Source: an uncultured Lawsonia sp. (GTDB lineage Bacteria; Desulfobacterota; Desulfovibrionia; Desulfovibrionales; Desulfovibrionaceae). Taken from it: a stretch of 42,490 bases of DNA. Below the pieces are notes generated by a model. It ran no database searches. It saw nothing but the letters and a program-made list of their open reading frames with translations, and had not been told where the DNA came from. Every line of letters begins with the position of its first letter. Position 1 is the stretch's first letter. Of the stretch, positions 28,164 through 39,150 are shown one piece after another. The position numbers were made by a program, and so were the translations under genes. The stretch is from contig CAYRKU010000003.1 of NCBI GenBank assembly GCA_964425055.1, forward strand, positions 1,894 through 44,383, written 5' to 3'.

Positions 28164-29237
28164 GTGCTTATCCGCTGCCCTGAATGCCGGTTTGAACGCA
28201 GGATTGACGATGAGTCCATCCCCCAGAATGCGGTCGTGGCCACATGCCCGCGCTGTAAATGCCGTTTCCACTTCCGCACTGAGGATGGAACGCCAGCTGA
28301 GGCAGGCGAACAATCCCAGACGGCCCAAACGCCCGCCCCCTCCCCGCAAAGCACCGCAGCCGCACGGCCACAACCCGCAGAAAACACATCTGCGGGAGAC
28401 GACCCCCTGCCTCCGGGAGCGATTGTCCCGCATATACCAGACGTCAACACCACAGAGGCCGAGCCGGAAAAGCAGAGCGCGGCGGGCCCCGCCGCGGCAG
28501 AGCGGGAAGATCAGCCCTCTGAACAGCCGGCACAGACGGGGCAGGCCGCCGGAGGGCTGCGGGATATTTTCCGCAAAGCCAGGCACAAATTTGTAGGGGA
28601 AGACGCAGAGGCAGGCGATGCCGGCATACCCTGGGAGCAGCCGGAGAAATATTCCGCCCTGCCGGGTCTGTACCGGACCATTTTGCAGGTGATGTTCAAC
28701 GCGCCCCGGTTCTTTACCGGGCTGGGCGCAGGCAAAGGAAACCTTGCCAGGCCGCTGGCCTTTTATATTTTGATTGGCCTGTTCCAGACACTTGTGGACC
28801 GGATGTGGTACCTCAGCAGCCTGGAAGCCGCGGCCCCTTCCATCACTGACCCGAAACTGCAGGAACTTATCGGCGATATGGCCCAGAACTTCAGCCTCCC
28901 CATGACCATTATCCTCAGCCCGGGGATACTGGCTATCCAGTTATTTTTCCTCAGCGGGGTGTTTTACCTCATGCTGCGTCTGGTGCATCCGAATACGGCC
29001 AGCTTCAAGACGGTATTCAGGGTAATTGCCTACAGCGCCGCGCCGACCGTCATCTGCATTATCCCTATGATCGGGTCCATGACCGGCTCCATATGGTTTG
29101 CCGTCAACTGTTTTATGGGCTGCAAATGCGCCCTGCGCCTGCCCTGGGTCCGCGTGGCGCTGGCACTGGGGCCGCTGTATCTGGTGGCCTTTGGCATTGG
29201 GATGCAGCTTTTACGCCAGATAGCCTCCCTTACCTGA
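28164..29237 (+). CDS. Zinc-ribbon (MJ0042-like) + Yip1 domain membrane protein
   Basis: CPEC...CPRC at the N-terminus, low-complexity linker, IPWE motif and five TM segments with FRVIAYS. Confidence 0.8.
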   Translation: MLIRCPECRFERRIDDESIPQNAVVATCPRCKCRFHFRTEDGTPAEAGEQSQTAQTPAPSPQSTAAARPQPAENTSAGDDPLPPGAIVPHIPDVNTTEAEPEKQSAAGPAAAEREDQPSEQPAQTGQAAGGLRDIFRKARHKFVGEDAEAGDAGIPWEQPEKYSALPGLYRTILQVMFNAPRFFTGLGAGKGNLARPLAFYILIGLFQTLVDRMWYLSSLEAAAPSITDPKLQELIGDMAQNFSLPMTIILSPGILAIQLFFLSGVFYLMLRLVHPNTASFKTVFRVIAYSAAPTVICIIPMIGSMTGSIWFAVNCFMGCKCALRLPWVRVALALGPLYLVAFGIGMQLLRQIASLT

Positions 29238-29431
29238 TCCGCGCTAACGGCAGTTCCGCAGGCCGGATATTTTTCATATCCGGCACCCGGGCCTGGCGGC
29301 ACGGCCTTACACTACACCGCGCCTGACTATAACTCCTTAAAGATACAGATGTTTTTAGAAAAATCTTGCTTTTTTTGTTAATCTGGAGCAAAATCATTCT
29401 TTCTATACTCAATGACAGGGAGCCCGCCATC

Positions 29432-30697
29432 ATGACCCGCAAAGATCGCACCGAAGGGATTTATAACCGCCGCGAAGTGCTGGACACCAGCGAACGCAAC
29501 CAATATTACCTCATTCAGCTGAAAGACCTGCTGTCCTATGCATACCGGTATTCGGAAGATGTAAAAAAACGCTTTGACCGGGCGCAGTTCAATGTGGAGA
29601 AATTTAAAACCCTGTCCGATATCAAACACATTCCCCTGCTGAAAAAGAAAGAGCTTATTTTCCTGCAGTCCATTGGCCCGCGCCTAGGCGGTTTGCTGAC
29701 CAAAGATATTGGAGAGCTGAAGCGTATCTTCCTTTCCCCCGGCCCTATTTTTGACCCCGAAGACAGAGTGGACGACTACTGGGGGTACACGGAGGCCTTC
29801 TACTCCGTAGGGTTCCGGCCCGGCGATGTGGTTCAGATTACCTTTAACTACCACCTGGCCCCGGCCGGGCTGATGTTTGAAGAGCCGCTGCGCAACCTGG
29901 GATGCGCCGCCATACCCGCCGGCCCCACTGACCCGGGCACTCAGCTGGACATTATGCAGAAATTACGTGTTTCCGGATATGTGGGCACGGCAAGCTACCT
30001 GATGCACCTCGCCCAAAAGGCCGAAGAAAAGGGCATTAACCTGCGTAAACATCTCTATCAGGAAGTGGCCTTTGTGACCGGCGAACGCCTGTCCGAGAAA
30101 ATGCGCGGCCAGCTGGAAAAAAAGTTCGACATTATCCTGCGCCAGGGCTACGGCACAGCCGATGTGGGCTGCATAGGCTATGAATGCTACCACAAAACCG
30201 GGCTGCACATTTCCAACCGCTGTTATGTGGAAATATGCCACCCGGATACGGGCATTCCGCTGAAAGATGGCGAAGTGGGGGAAATTGTGGTCACTTCGTT
30301 CAACAAAACCTACCCGCTTATCCGCCTGGCCACTGGGGACCTTTCGTATATCGACAGAAGGCCCTGCCCCTGCGGCCGCACCAGCCCGTGCCTAGGCGGC
30401 ATTGTGGGCCGCGTGGACACAACGGCGCGTATTAAAGGCATGTTTGTATACCCGCATCAAGTAGAGCAGGTCATGGCCCGCTTTGAAGACATCAAACGCT
30501 GGCAGATAGAAGTGAGCAACCCCGGCGGCATTGATGAAATAGTCCTGTATATCGAGGCCAGCAACTTTACGCAGGAAGATGATCTGCTGCACCTTTTCCG
30601 CGAGCGGATCAAACTGCGGCCGGAACTGAAAATACTCCCCCCCGGCACGCTTCCCCCGCAGATCCCGCCCATTAAAGACAAGCGGGAGTGGGACTAA
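29432..30697 (+). CDS. Phenylacetate--CoA ligase family protein
   Basis: SPGPI, GYGTAD, GEVGEIVVT, PLIRLATGD, CPCGRT and GRVD motifs; start moved to ATG 29432. Confidence 0.85.
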   Translation: MTRKDRTEGIYNRREVLDTSERNQYYLIQLKDLLSYAYRYSEDVKKRFDRAQFNVEKFKTLSDIKHIPLLKKKELIFLQSIGPRLGGLLTKDIGELKRIFLSPGPIFDPEDRVDDYWGYTEAFYSVGFRPGDVVQITFNYHLAPAGLMFEEPLRNLGCAAIPAGPTDPGTQLDIMQKLRVSGYVGTASYLMHLAQKAEEKGINLRKHLYQEVAFVTGERLSEKMRGQLEKKFDIILRQGYGTADVGCIGYECYHKTGLHISNRCYVEICHPDTGIPLKDGEVGEIVVTSFNKTYPLIRLATGDLSYIDRRPCPCGRTSPCLGGIVGRVDTTARIKGMFVYPHQVEQVMARFEDIKRWQIEVSNPGGIDEIVLYIEASNFTQEDDLLHLFRERIKLRPELKILPPGTLPPQIPPIKDKREWD

Positions 30698-30764
30698 ACT
30701 CCGCTTCCGCGCCTGCCTTCTCCACCGGTCGCGGCTAGGGCGGTAGAAAGGCAGGCGCACTCTG

Positions 30765-31838
30765 TCACAACCTTTCCACTACCAGATCACCCATGGCCGC
30801 GGTACCGACCAGTGTCATGCCCGGCTCCATAATATCTCCCGTACGGTACCCGTCCCGCAGGACCGCGTGGACCGCGCTCTCCACTGCGGCGGCCTCCGCG
30901 TCCATATCAAAAGCCAGGCGCAGCATCATGGCCGCTGAAAGGATTGTGGCCAGTGGGTTGGCCATGCCCTGGCCGGCAATATCCGGGGCTGAACCGTGGA
31001 TGGGCTCAAACAGACCGGGGTTGCCGCTGCCCAGAGAGGCGGACGGCAGCATGCCTATGGATCCGGTAATGGCTGCGGCTTCATCGGAAAGAATATCCCC
31101 AAACAGATTGGCCGTAACCAATACGTCAAACTGCGACGGGTCGCGTACCAGCTGCATGGCGGCATTGTCCACATACATATGGCTAAGCTCCACATCGGGA
31201 TATTCCCGGGCCACCTCGCAAATCACTTCCCGCCACACACGGGATACAGCCAGCACGTTGGCCTTATCCACCGAGCAGACACGGCGCCTGCGCTTACGGG
31301 CGGCGGCAAAGGCCACGTGGGCAATACGGCGGATTTCTTCTTCATTATAAATCATGGTGTTGTAACCTGTGCGCAGCCCGCCGCGCACCTCGGTACCGGC
31401 TGGCCGGCCAAAATAAATCCCCCCGGTAAGTTCCCGCACAACAATAAGGTCCAGTCCCAAAGCCGCAGTATCCGGCCGCAGCAGGCACGCCCCGGCCAGT
31501 TCCGGGAACAAAGTAGCCGGCCGCAGATTGGCAAACAGCTCCAGGGCAGCGCGGATGCCCAGCAGGCCGCGCTCGGGCCGGATGGCCGGGTCCAGCGTAT
31601 CCCACCTGGGGCCGCCCACGGCCCCCAGGAACACCGCGTCAGCAGCTTTACAAGCGGCCACCGTAGCCTCGGGCAGAGGCACACCCACCGCATCAATGGC
31701 AGCCCCGCCGATCAGGCCTTCAGTAAAACTGAAGCTGTGGCCGTATTTTCCGGCGACCGTCTGGAGCACTTTTACCGCTTCGGCCACAATTTCAGGGCCA
31801 ATCCCGTCCCCAGGCAACAGGCAGACAGTTTTCCGCAT
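30765..31838 (-). CDS. leuB: 3-isopropylmalate dehydrogenase
   Basis: [42 protein letters not shown] and [12 protein letters not shown] motifs. Confidence 0.97.
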   Translation of the reverse strand: MRKTVCLLPGDGIGPEIVAEAVKVLQTVAGKYGHSFSFTEGLIGGAAIDAVGVPLPEATVAACKAADAVFLGAVGGPRWDTLDPAIRPERGLLGIRAALELFANLRPATLFPELAGACLLRPDTAALGLDLIVVRELTGGIYFGRPAGTEVRGGLRTGYNTMIYNEEEIRRIAHVAFAAARKRRRRVCSVDKANVLAVSRVWREVICEVAREYPDVELSHMYVDNAAMQLVRDPSQFDVLVTANLFGDILSDEAAAITGSIGMLPSASLGSGNPGLFEPIHGSAPDIAGQGMANPLATILSAAMMLRLAFDMDAEAAAVESAVHAVLRDGYRTGDIMEPGMTLVGTAAMGDLVVERL

Positions 31839-31879
31839 TATACAGTCCTTATTATAATGTTAAAGGTGAAGCCGGCGCC

Positions 31880-32707
31880 TCAGCCTTGCTGGCAGACCGG
31901 GCAAAAAACCGTTGTACGGCCGGCAATCCGGCACGTTTCCAGCCGGGCGCCGCACACAGCGCAGGGCTGGCCGGAACGGCCGTACACGTCAAACGCGTTT
32001 TGAAACGCGCCCATGTCTCCCCCGGCCGTACGGTAGTCGCGTATAGAGCTGCCGCAGGCGGCAATCGCCTCCCGCAGCACCGCCTGCAGTGCGGAATGCA
32101 GGCGGTAGAGGCGCTCTGGCGGCACATTGCGGCTGTCTGGCCGAATGCCGGCGCGGAACAGGCTTTCATCCGCATAAATATTGCCACAGCCGGCAATAAC
32201 GGTCTGATCCAGCAGCAGGCTTTTGATCCGGCCATGCCGGCCCTGAAAACGGGCCGCAAAATCGGCCCCATTTATCTCCAGCGGCTCCGGGCCAAGGCCG
32301 CGCCAAAACGGCCAGGCAGCCAGCACCGCGGGGGTCAAAACACGCACATAGCCAAATTTACGGGTATCATCAAACAGCAGCCGCCGCCCGTCATCCAGAT
32401 CAAGGATCAGCCGGGTATGCTTCCCGGGCAAGGCGCCCGCCGGGCACAGGAGCACCCGGCCGCTCATTTTCAAGTGAAAGGCAAGCCCGATAACGGCGTC
32501 CGCATCCCGGCCGCCGGCACAGGAGAGCGGAAGCAGCAAGAGCTTGCCCCGCCGGCCAGGTTTTTGCAGCACCCCGCCGCGCACAGCTTCGACAGGCAGA
32601 TCCCCGGCCAGAGAAGAGGGCGTGAGCAGATGCGTATTCAGGATTGCCCTCCCCTGTACCGGGGCAAGCGTGCGGGCAATAGTTTCCACTTCGGGCAATT
32701 CGGGCAT
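31880..32707 (-). CDS. mutM: Formamidopyrimidine-DNA glycosylase
   Basis: MPELPEVET, RRGK, HLKMSG, DTRKFG, LGPEP, GNIYADE and C-terminal CPVCQ zinc finger. Confidence 0.97.
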   Translation of the reverse strand: MPELPEVETIARTLAPVQGRAILNTHLLTPSSLAGDLPVEAVRGGVLQKPGRRGKLLLLPLSCAGGRDADAVIGLAFHLKMSGRVLLCPAGALPGKHTRLILDLDDGRRLLFDDTRKFGYVRVLTPAVLAAWPFWRGLGPEPLEINGADFAARFQGRHGRIKSLLLDQTVIAGCGNIYADESLFRAGIRPDSRNVPPERLYRLHSALQAVLREAIAACGSSIRDYRTAGGDMGAFQNAFDVYGRSGQPCAVCGARLETCRIAGRTTVFCPVCQQG

Positions 32708-32978
32708 GGGGATGTCTCCGGGTATGGCAGGATATCTGCCCTGGCTGCGGCCAGACTACCTTACTTCCCGACAAAAATCCAGATTTGGCCGAATTGCCTT
32801 TTCACGGAAACTCTTTTTGCCCGAACGCGCCGTAAAGCCTCTTCAGGCTGAAAGACCGCGCCGTAATTAACATAGGGTCATGCCGAAAAGAGAGGCCAGA
32901 AAAACCTATAAAGATGTTCGAGTTCCTATAAACTTGATTCTATACCTCTTAGATATTGAAACAGGTTAGTAAGGAAGC

Positions 32979-33017
32979 GCTGAAAAAAGACCACCCAACG
33001 GGTGGTCTTTTTTCAGC
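32979..33017. terminator. Bidirectional intrinsic terminator ending the CitMHS-AtuA cassette
   Basis: Perfect 18-bp inverted repeat GCTGAAAAAAGACCACCC-AAC-GGGTGGTCTTTTTTCAGC. Confidence 0.88.
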
Positions 33018-33043
33018 CTTGCTGGGAACTTATCCAGCTTTAA

Positions 33044-33343
33044 TTAGATTTCCATTTCCAGTAAGTAGGATGAAAATCCTTTCCCGTGCATGTCAACAGA
33101 AAGAGAGCGGGTTACACCGCCGCCAAGAGCCGCATACATAACAAAGTTCAAGGCGTGGATATTAGGCAGTTCGTAACGAACCACTTCGCCTTTGACAATG
33201 CCTTTAAAATGTTCCTTGACACGTTCTGCCGTAACCTTTTCCTGAATCAGGTCATAATCTTCAGGTTTGTATGCGATAAGAGACAGGTTTGAGATGTTGC
33301 CCTTGTCACCTGTGCGTGAATGTGCAATTTCCCAGAGTTTCAT
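33044..33343 (-). CDS. AtuA-related small ferredoxin-fold protein
   Basis: IAHSRTGDKGN, VRYELPNIHALNFV and LGGGVTRSL..DMHGK motifs of the AtuA C-terminal module. Confidence 0.82.
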   Translation of the reverse strand: MKLWEIAHSRTGDKGNISNLSLIAYKPEDYDLIQEKVTAERVKEHFKGIVKGEVVRYELPNIHALNFVMYAALGGGVTRSLSVDMHGKGFSSYLLEMEI

Positions 33344-33362
33344 GGTGTGTGCTTCCTTTGTT

Positions 33363-34712
33363 TTATTCAACCGTGAAAATTTCCACCTGGGGTTTGATGT
33401 CGCTGCGGTTCACCAAAATGGAGGCCACCGAAACGATGTCTCGGGTTCTTTTTACCGCACCGCAACCGCCGGCTGGACCATTTGTGTACAGGGCCTCAAC
33501 CTCATTCCCTATCAGATCGGCAATCGCTTTGGTTTTTGCCCGTCCAGCAACGCGCACACGCACTTCACTGGGTTCTTCATTGTATTTGAAATCAGGGTTC
33601 CAGAACAGGCTGTTGCAGCCGATCAGGTCATACTTCATTTCATCAAAGGCTCCCGGGGCCACCAGCTCCAGGCGTTCCTTGACTATGTCAAGGGCCAGTT
33701 TAGCCCTGGCAACACAACCCTTGCCGCCATAGCTGATTTCACCATCACCAATAAAGCAATCTTTGTAGCCGATGGAGCACTTGAAAGTGTCTGGCCGTTG
33801 CTTGCCTGTCGCACCTTCCACCTGCACCACATCTTTGCCTGCTTGCGTAAATTTGACCATCTTAAAGTTGGCCACGACGTCAGGCGTCATATAATTTTCA
33901 GGGTCGTGAATTTCATAGACGATCTGTTCAGAGCATGTTTCAGGCGTAACCATGCCGCCGGCGCCTTCAACCTTGGTAACAATAAAGGAGCCGTCCTCCG
34001 CCACTTCAATGATGGGGAAGCCTAGATGCCCTATGCCCGGCACATCTTTTTTACCGGGTTCGGCAAAATACCCCCCAGTAACCTGCCCGCCGCATTCCAA
34101 CAAATGGCCAACCATGGTGCCTTTGCCCAGCTTGTCCCAATCATCAACTGCCCAGCCAAATTCATGGATCAGCGGCGCGAGGAAGAGGGCGGGGTCAGTA
34201 ACACGGCCGGTAATAATTACATCCGCGCCCTGTTTAAGCGCATCAAGAATGCCCTCAACGCCCATGTACGCGTTTGCGGAAACAATTTCGCCCGGCAGTT
34301 CTTTCAGAGGGCGATGATTTTCCCAAACTTCAACATCCTGGTACTTGTCAATGACCGGAAGCAGGTCATCGCCGGTAACACAGGCTATTTTCATACCTTT
34401 TAGGCCATGTTTTTTTGCTATTTCCACGCACACCTGCGCAGCGGCCCGAGGGTTGGCCGAACCCATGTTCGTGATTAATTTTACCTTATGTTTCCAAACC
34501 AGGGGGAGGGCTTTTTCCATACGGTGTTCCAGCAGCCCATTGTAGCCCTTGTTTGGATCTTTGAGTTTTGCCTGCTGGCCAATGGCAATGGTACGCTCGG
34601 CAAGGCATTCGTAGCTGATGTAGTCAAGGTTGCCCTTTTCGATCAGTTCCAGTGATGGTTCAAGGCGGTCTCCGGCATACCCGGCCCCACTGCCTATGCG
34701 TATTTTTTTCAT
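33363..34712 (-). CDS. Acyclic terpene utilization AtuA family (DUF1446) protein
   Basis: RIGSGAGYAGDR, ECLAERT, SANAYMG, GADVIITGRVTD, GHLLECGGQVTGGY and YEIHDP..YMTPDV motifs. Confidence 0.9.
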   Translation of the reverse strand: MKKIRIGSGAGYAGDRLEPSLELIEKGNLDYISYECLAERTIAIGQQAKLKDPNKGYNGLLEHRMEKALPLVWKHKVKLITNMGSANPRAAAQVCVEIAKKHGLKGMKIACVTGDDLLPVIDKYQDVEVWENHRPLKELPGEIVSANAYMGVEGILDALKQGADVIITGRVTDPALFLAPLIHEFGWAVDDWDKLGKGTMVGHLLECGGQVTGGYFAEPGKKDVPGIGHLGFPIIEVAEDGSFIVTKVEGAGGMVTPETCSEQIVYEIHDPENYMTPDVVANFKMVKFTQAGKDVVQVEGATGKQRPDTFKCSIGYKDCFIGDGEISYGGKGCVARAKLALDIVKERLELVAPGAFDEMKYDLIGCNSLFWNPDFKYNEEPSEVRVRVAGRAKTKAIADLIGNEVEALYTNGPAGGCGAVKRTRDIVSVASILVNRSDIKPQVEIFTVE

Positions 34713-34786
34713 GGTTTCAGTCCTTTGCAAAACAGGTTTCAATCAAGGTTGTTAGCATGCGGGATGATCACAGCGGCCCGCTTGCT

Positions 34787-36133
34787 TTACACACCGCCAG
34801 TTACCAGGGCCACAATCAGCATAACAATGGAGACAAGCCAGGCCAGGGGGATGGTCTTCTTCTGGTGTTCGCCAAAGTCAACACCCGAAAGCCCGACCAG
34901 CAGGAAGGTAGATGCGGTGAGGGGCGAAACCGGGAAGCCCAAGGTCATCTGGCCAAGAATGGCAGCGCGCCCTACAGATTCCGCAGCCACGCCAAAGCCG
35001 GCAGCTGTTTGCGAAAGCACAGGCAGAACACCAAAGTAGAAGGAATCGGGGTCAAAGAGCAGTGAAGCAGGCACACCGATTACACCAACAATGATTGGGA
35101 ACATCTGGCCTAGCGATTCTGGAATGACAGCCACCAGAGCCTGCGCCATGGCCGAGATCATGCCGGTGCCCTTCATAATGCCGGTAAAGCATCCGGCCGC
35201 AAACAAAACCGAGCACATCATCAAGCATTCCTTGGCATGGGCATCGACCCTAGCCTTGGATTCCGCAACATTGGGATAATTGATGACGGTGGCAAGCACA
35301 TAGAAAGCCATGAACACAACTGCCGGGGCAAAGCCGCTTGCCAGCAGAGAGGCAATGGCACCTATGATCAGCAGAATATTGATCCAGAAGAGCTTTGGCC
35401 TGGCTAGCTTTTGTTCAGCTTCGGTAAGCTCTGGCTCCTTGAATTCCAAAACACCGCCGCTAGCGGCTGCCCCCATGCGCTTCTTTTCGCTACGGCCAAG
35501 CCAGATTGCGATGACAACAACACAAACCAGGCCAGCCAGTGTAGCCGGGAGGACGGGCATGAAAAAATCGGTTACATTTGGGCTGCTCAAGGCTGTAGCG
35601 GCACGGATTGTTGGCCCGCCCCAAGGCAGAATGTTCATGGTACCGGCAGACAGGGCCACTACGCTGGCCAAAGTGGTGCGGCGCATTCCCAGCGCGTCAT
35701 AAAGCGGCAGCAAGGCCGGCACGCAGATCAAGAAGGTAACCGCACCAGACCCGTCAAGGTGTACAATGGCGGCAAGCAAGGCCGTGCCAATGCAAATTTT
35801 AACCGGGTCTGTACCCACCTTTTTTATGATCCTGCTGATGATCGGCCTGAAGGTGCCGGCATCGGTCAAGATGCCAAAGAAAAGGATGGAAAAAATGAAC
35901 ATAACGCCGGTAGCAGCCACAGAGCCTATGCCGCTTGCGCCTGTTATCATTTTCCCCAAGGCTTTGAAGTTGGCAAGAGCATTAACTGTGCCATCCTTGC
36001 CGGGGATAAAACCACAGGAGATGATCCCCGTCAACATTGGCACGGCAACCAACGCGACCAAAGGAGAGAGCTTTTTTGTCATGATTAAGGCAAGCATGGC
36101 AAAAACAGTGATAAAGCCAAGTGCTACAAGCAT
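34787..36133 (-). CDS. CitMHS-family citrate/organic acid:cation symporter
   Basis: FSILFFG, HLDGSGAVTFL, MNILPWGGPT, GIMKGTGMI and DSFYFGVLP motifs; start ATG 36133 (or 36139). Confidence 0.9.
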   Translation of the reverse strand: MLVALGFITVFAMLALIMTKKLSPLVALVAVPMLTGIISCGFIPGKDGTVNALANFKALGKMITGASGIGSVAATGVMFIFSILFFGILTDAGTFRPIISRIIKKVGTDPVKICIGTALLAAIVHLDGSGAVTFLICVPALLPLYDALGMRRTTLASVVALSAGTMNILPWGGPTIRAATALSSPNVTDFFMPVLPATLAGLVCVVVIAIWLGRSEKKRMGAAASGGVLEFKEPELTEAEQKLARPKLFWINILLIIGAIASLLASGFAPAVVFMAFYVLATVINYPNVAESKARVDAHAKECLMMCSVLFAAGCFTGIMKGTGMISAMAQALVAVIPESLGQMFPIIVGVIGVPASLLFDPDSFYFGVLPVLSQTAAGFGVAAESVGRAAILGQMTLGFPVSPLTASTFLLVGLSGVDFGEHQKKTIPLAWLVSIVMLIVALVTGGV

Positions 36134-36192
36134 AGACATTCCTCCTGTAAAAGTTTTTTGGAGCCGCACTGCCCTATCTAAAACTTACTACT

Positions 36193-36221
36193 ATACTAAG
36201 CAAACATTTTGAGCCTTGCAA
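36193..36221 (-). promoter_or_regulatory. Sigma70-type promoter of the CitMHS-AtuA cassette
   Basis: Minus strand TTGCAA-17 nt-TAGTAT in an AT-rich stretch. Confidence 0.55.
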
Positions 36222-36426
36222 GGCAGAATCGAAAAATTATTGCATGACCCTGAACATATTTTTAACATGCTGAGATTTTTCATCCGGCAACCGGGCAGAC
36301 CGGGCCGGGCTATGGCGCGGGAATGGCCCAGGCTCCGGCAATTCCGTTGACGCCGGGCAAATAGCGCGTATTCTATCCATGCCGGGGCGGAAAACCGCCC
36401 GCAGATACCCGAACAAAGGACCGGAA

Positions 36427-37728
36427 ATGAACGAACTTACCCCCCGCCAGATCGTAGCCGAGCTAGACAAATATATTATCGGGCAGGAGCAGGCCAAACG
36501 TATGGTGGCCGTCGCCGTGCGCAACCGCTGGCGCCGGCAGCGGCTGGATAAGGCCCTGCGTAACGAAATTGCCCCCCGCAACATCATCATGATGGGGCCT
36601 ACCGGCGTGGGCAAAACCGAGATTGCCCGCCGCCTGGCCCGGCTGTGCCAGGCCCCCTTTATAAAGGTGGAGGCCACCAAATACACTGAAGTGGGCTACG
36701 TGGGCCGGGATGTGGAATCCATGATCCGCGATTTGATGGAAATCGGCGTCAACCTGGTGCGGGCCGAAGAGGCGGAAAAAGTTCGCGAGCGGGCCGAGGC
36801 CGCAGCTGAAAAGCGCCTGCTGGACCTGCTGCTGCCGGCCTCCGACGGCCGGGAAACCACGCGGGAGAAACTGCGCGGCCTCTTCCGGCAGGGCCATCTA
36901 AACGAGCGGGAAATTGATATTGAAGTAAAAGAGCAGTCCCAGCCCATAGGTATTATGGGCGTGCCGGGTATGGAGCAGATTGGGGAGCAGATGAAGGGCG
37001 CCCTAAGCCGCTTTTTCCCCCAGCGTACCCACCACCGCAAAATGAAGGTTGCCGCGGCCTGGAAGCATCTTGTTGAAGAAGAATCCGACAAACTGATGGA
37101 CGGGGATAAAATTGTGGACCATGCCCGGGAGCGGGTGGAGCAAATGGGCATTGTGTTTATTGATGAAATTGACAAACTTGTGGGCAGCGCGCGCCAGGGG
37201 TCGGCCGATGTTTCCCGCGAGGGGGTGCAGCGGGACCTTTTGCCCATTGTGGAGGGCAGCGCGGTAAACACCAAATACGGTCTTGTCCATACAGATCATA
37301 TTCTGTTTATCGCGGCCGGGGCCTTTCAGCTGACCCGGCCCTCTGATCTCTTTCCTGAGCTGCAGGGCCGTTTCCCCCTGCGGGCCGAGCTGACGCCACT
37401 TGGCCGGGAGGAATTTTACCGTATCCTAACCGAGCCCGACAATGCCCTAACCCGCCAGTACGAAGCCATGCTGGCCACGGAAGGCGTGCGCGTAAGCTTT
37501 ACCGATGACGGCCTGCGGGAGATCGCCGCCTTTGCTGAAGATGTGAACACCCGTACCGAAAATATCGGCGCCCGCCGCCTGCACACGATTATGGAAAAAA
37601 TTCTGGCTGAAATTTCCTTTGATGCATCAGAGTGCGCCGGCGTTACCCTGGTTGTGGACAAAAACTACGTTACATCCCAGCTGGCCGACGTGCGTACCGA
37701 TGCCGAATTGAGCCGTTTTATCCTGTAA
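36427..37728 (+). CDS. hslU: ATP-dependent protease ATPase subunit HslU
   Basis: [48 protein letters not shown] and ENIGARRL motifs. Confidence 0.98.
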   Translation: MNELTPRQIVAELDKYIIGQEQAKRMVAVAVRNRWRRQRLDKALRNEIAPRNIIMMGPTGVGKTEIARRLARLCQAPFIKVEATKYTEVGYVGRDVESMIRDLMEIGVNLVRAEEAEKVRERAEAAAEKRLLDLLLPASDGRETTREKLRGLFRQGHLNEREIDIEVKEQSQPIGIMGVPGMEQIGEQMKGALSRFFPQRTHHRKMKVAAAWKHLVEEESDKLMDGDKIVDHARERVEQMGIVFIDEIDKLVGSARQGSADVSREGVQRDLLPIVEGSAVNTKYGLVHTDHILFIAAGAFQLTRPSDLFPELQGRFPLRAELTPLGREEFYRILTEPDNALTRQYEAMLATEGVRVSFTDDGLREIAAFAEDVNTRTENIGARRLHTIMEKILAEISFDASECAGVTLVVDKNYVTSQLADVRTDAELSRFIL

Positions 37729-37744
37729 CAGACGAGGTTGCCTT

Positions 37745-38647
37745 ATGGATTCCACCCAGGACGCCAGGCTGAAATCCCAGGTGCTTGTGGAGAGTCTGCC
37801 CTATCTGCGCAAATTCAGCGGGCAGATTATTGTGATCAAATACGGCGGCCACGCCATGACCGAAGAGGCCCTCAGAGCCTCCTTTGCCCGCAGCGTGGCC
37901 CTGCTCAGGCTGGTGGGCATTCACCCCGTGGTGGTGCACGGGGGCGGCCCTCAGATCAGCACCATGCTGGAAAAGCTGAAAATCCGATCCGAATTTCGGG
38001 AAGGGCTGCGCGTTACAGACGAGGCCACCATGGATGTGGTGGAAATGGTTTTGGTGGGATCGGTAAACAAAGATATTGTCAACCGTATCAACCATGCCGG
38101 GGCCAGCGCCGTGGGCCTTTCCGGCAAAGACGCCATGCTGCTGCAGGCTGAAAAAAAGGCCATGCTGCTCAACCGCGGCAGCCAGCCCCCGGAGACGATC
38201 GACCTGGGCAATGTGGGCCGCGTCACCCGTGTGGAAACATCTCTGCTGCTTTCCCTCATCAAAGACGGTTTTGTGCCGGTGATAGCCCCTGTGGGGGTGG
38301 ACGCTGCCGGGCATACTTACAACATCAATGCCGATGAAGTAGCCGGGGCAGTGGCCGGAGCCCTGCGGGCCAGGCGCCTGCTTATGCTTACCGATGTGCC
38401 CGGCGTATTGGACAAAACGGGCAGACTCATTGAGTCCATTCAGGCGAAAGACGCCCCCCGCCTGTTTGAAGACGGCACCGTTTCCGGCGGAATGATCCCC
38501 AAGCTGAACTGCTGCCTGGACGCTATCCGGCACGGGGTGGAAAACGTGGTCATTGTGGACGGCAGGGTGGAAAACTGCGTTTTGCTGGAACTGTTCACCG
38601 ATCAGGGCGTGGGTACGGAAATCATCAGCAACGGCGGGGCGGGCTAA
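37745..38647 (+). CDS. argB: Acetylglutamate kinase
   Basis: [29 protein letters not shown] and GGMIPK motifs. Confidence 0.97.
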   Translation: MDSTQDARLKSQVLVESLPYLRKFSGQIIVIKYGGHAMTEEALRASFARSVALLRLVGIHPVVVHGGGPQISTMLEKLKIRSEFREGLRVTDEATMDVVEMVLVGSVNKDIVNRINHAGASAVGLSGKDAMLLQAEKKAMLLNRGSQPPETIDLGNVGRVTRVETSLLLSLIKDGFVPVIAPVGVDAAGHTYNINADEVAGAVAGALRARRLLMLTDVPGVLDKTGRLIESIQAKDAPRLFEDGTVSGGMIPKLNCCLDAIRHGVENVVIVDGRVENCVLLELFTDQGVGTEIISNGGAG

Positions 38648-39022
38648 ATGCCCGCCGGCCAGGCCCGCGGCGGCAGGGGCAGGCGCCTTCGGCGCATGCT
38701 GCCCGTACACGATCGCCTGGAGGCCGTACTGGCGGCTCTGGGTATTTCCGATCAGGCCCTTCGCCTGGTCCCCCTGTGGCAAAACTGGGATATGGTCATG
38801 GGGCCGGACATTGCCCCCCTGGCCTGGCCCCTGGGGGCGCGGCGGGATGTGCTGCTTGTCGCCGGGGAAGACAATCTGGCCCTGCAGGAGCTGACCCTGC
38901 TGACCGCCGAGATACTGGAGCGGGTGAACGCCTTTATGGCCGAGCCCATGTTCAGCAGGGTGGATGTGCAGCTGCTCCTGGGCCGCAGGCCGCTTAACGT
39001 GCCGGCCGGCTCCGGCTTTTAA
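38648..39022 (+). CDS. DUF721/DciA-like protein
   Basis: LWQNWDMVMGPDIA...LQELTL...ILERVN pattern of DUF721. Confidence 0.7.
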   Translation: MPAGQARGGRGRRLRRMLPVHDRLEAVLAALGISDQALRLVPLWQNWDMVMGPDIAPLAWPLGARRDVLLVAGEDNLALQELTLLTAEILERVNAFMAEPMFSRVDVQLLLGRRPLNVPAGSGF

Positions 39023-39092
39023 CAGAAGGGCTATCACAGGCGTTCATGCCTGCGATGCCTGGAGTTTGGGAGGAGTATAAACCCATCCCGAA

Positions 39093-39150
39093 CCTTCCGC
39101 CGAAGATACCCCGCCTTCAGGCGGGGCGGCGCAGCGTTTGACCTGAAGGC
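39093..39150. repeat. IS200/IS605-end-like palindrome (possible non-autonomous remnant)
   Basis: CCCCGCC-TTCA-GGCGGGG hairpin (39109-39126) with nearby TTGAC (GTCAA on minus); no transposase. Confidence 0.35.

Noticed and set aside
32905-32945. CCTATAAA direct repeats at 20-bp spacing
   Set aside because: Only two exact short copies in AT-rich DNA; too weak to call an operator or iteron.
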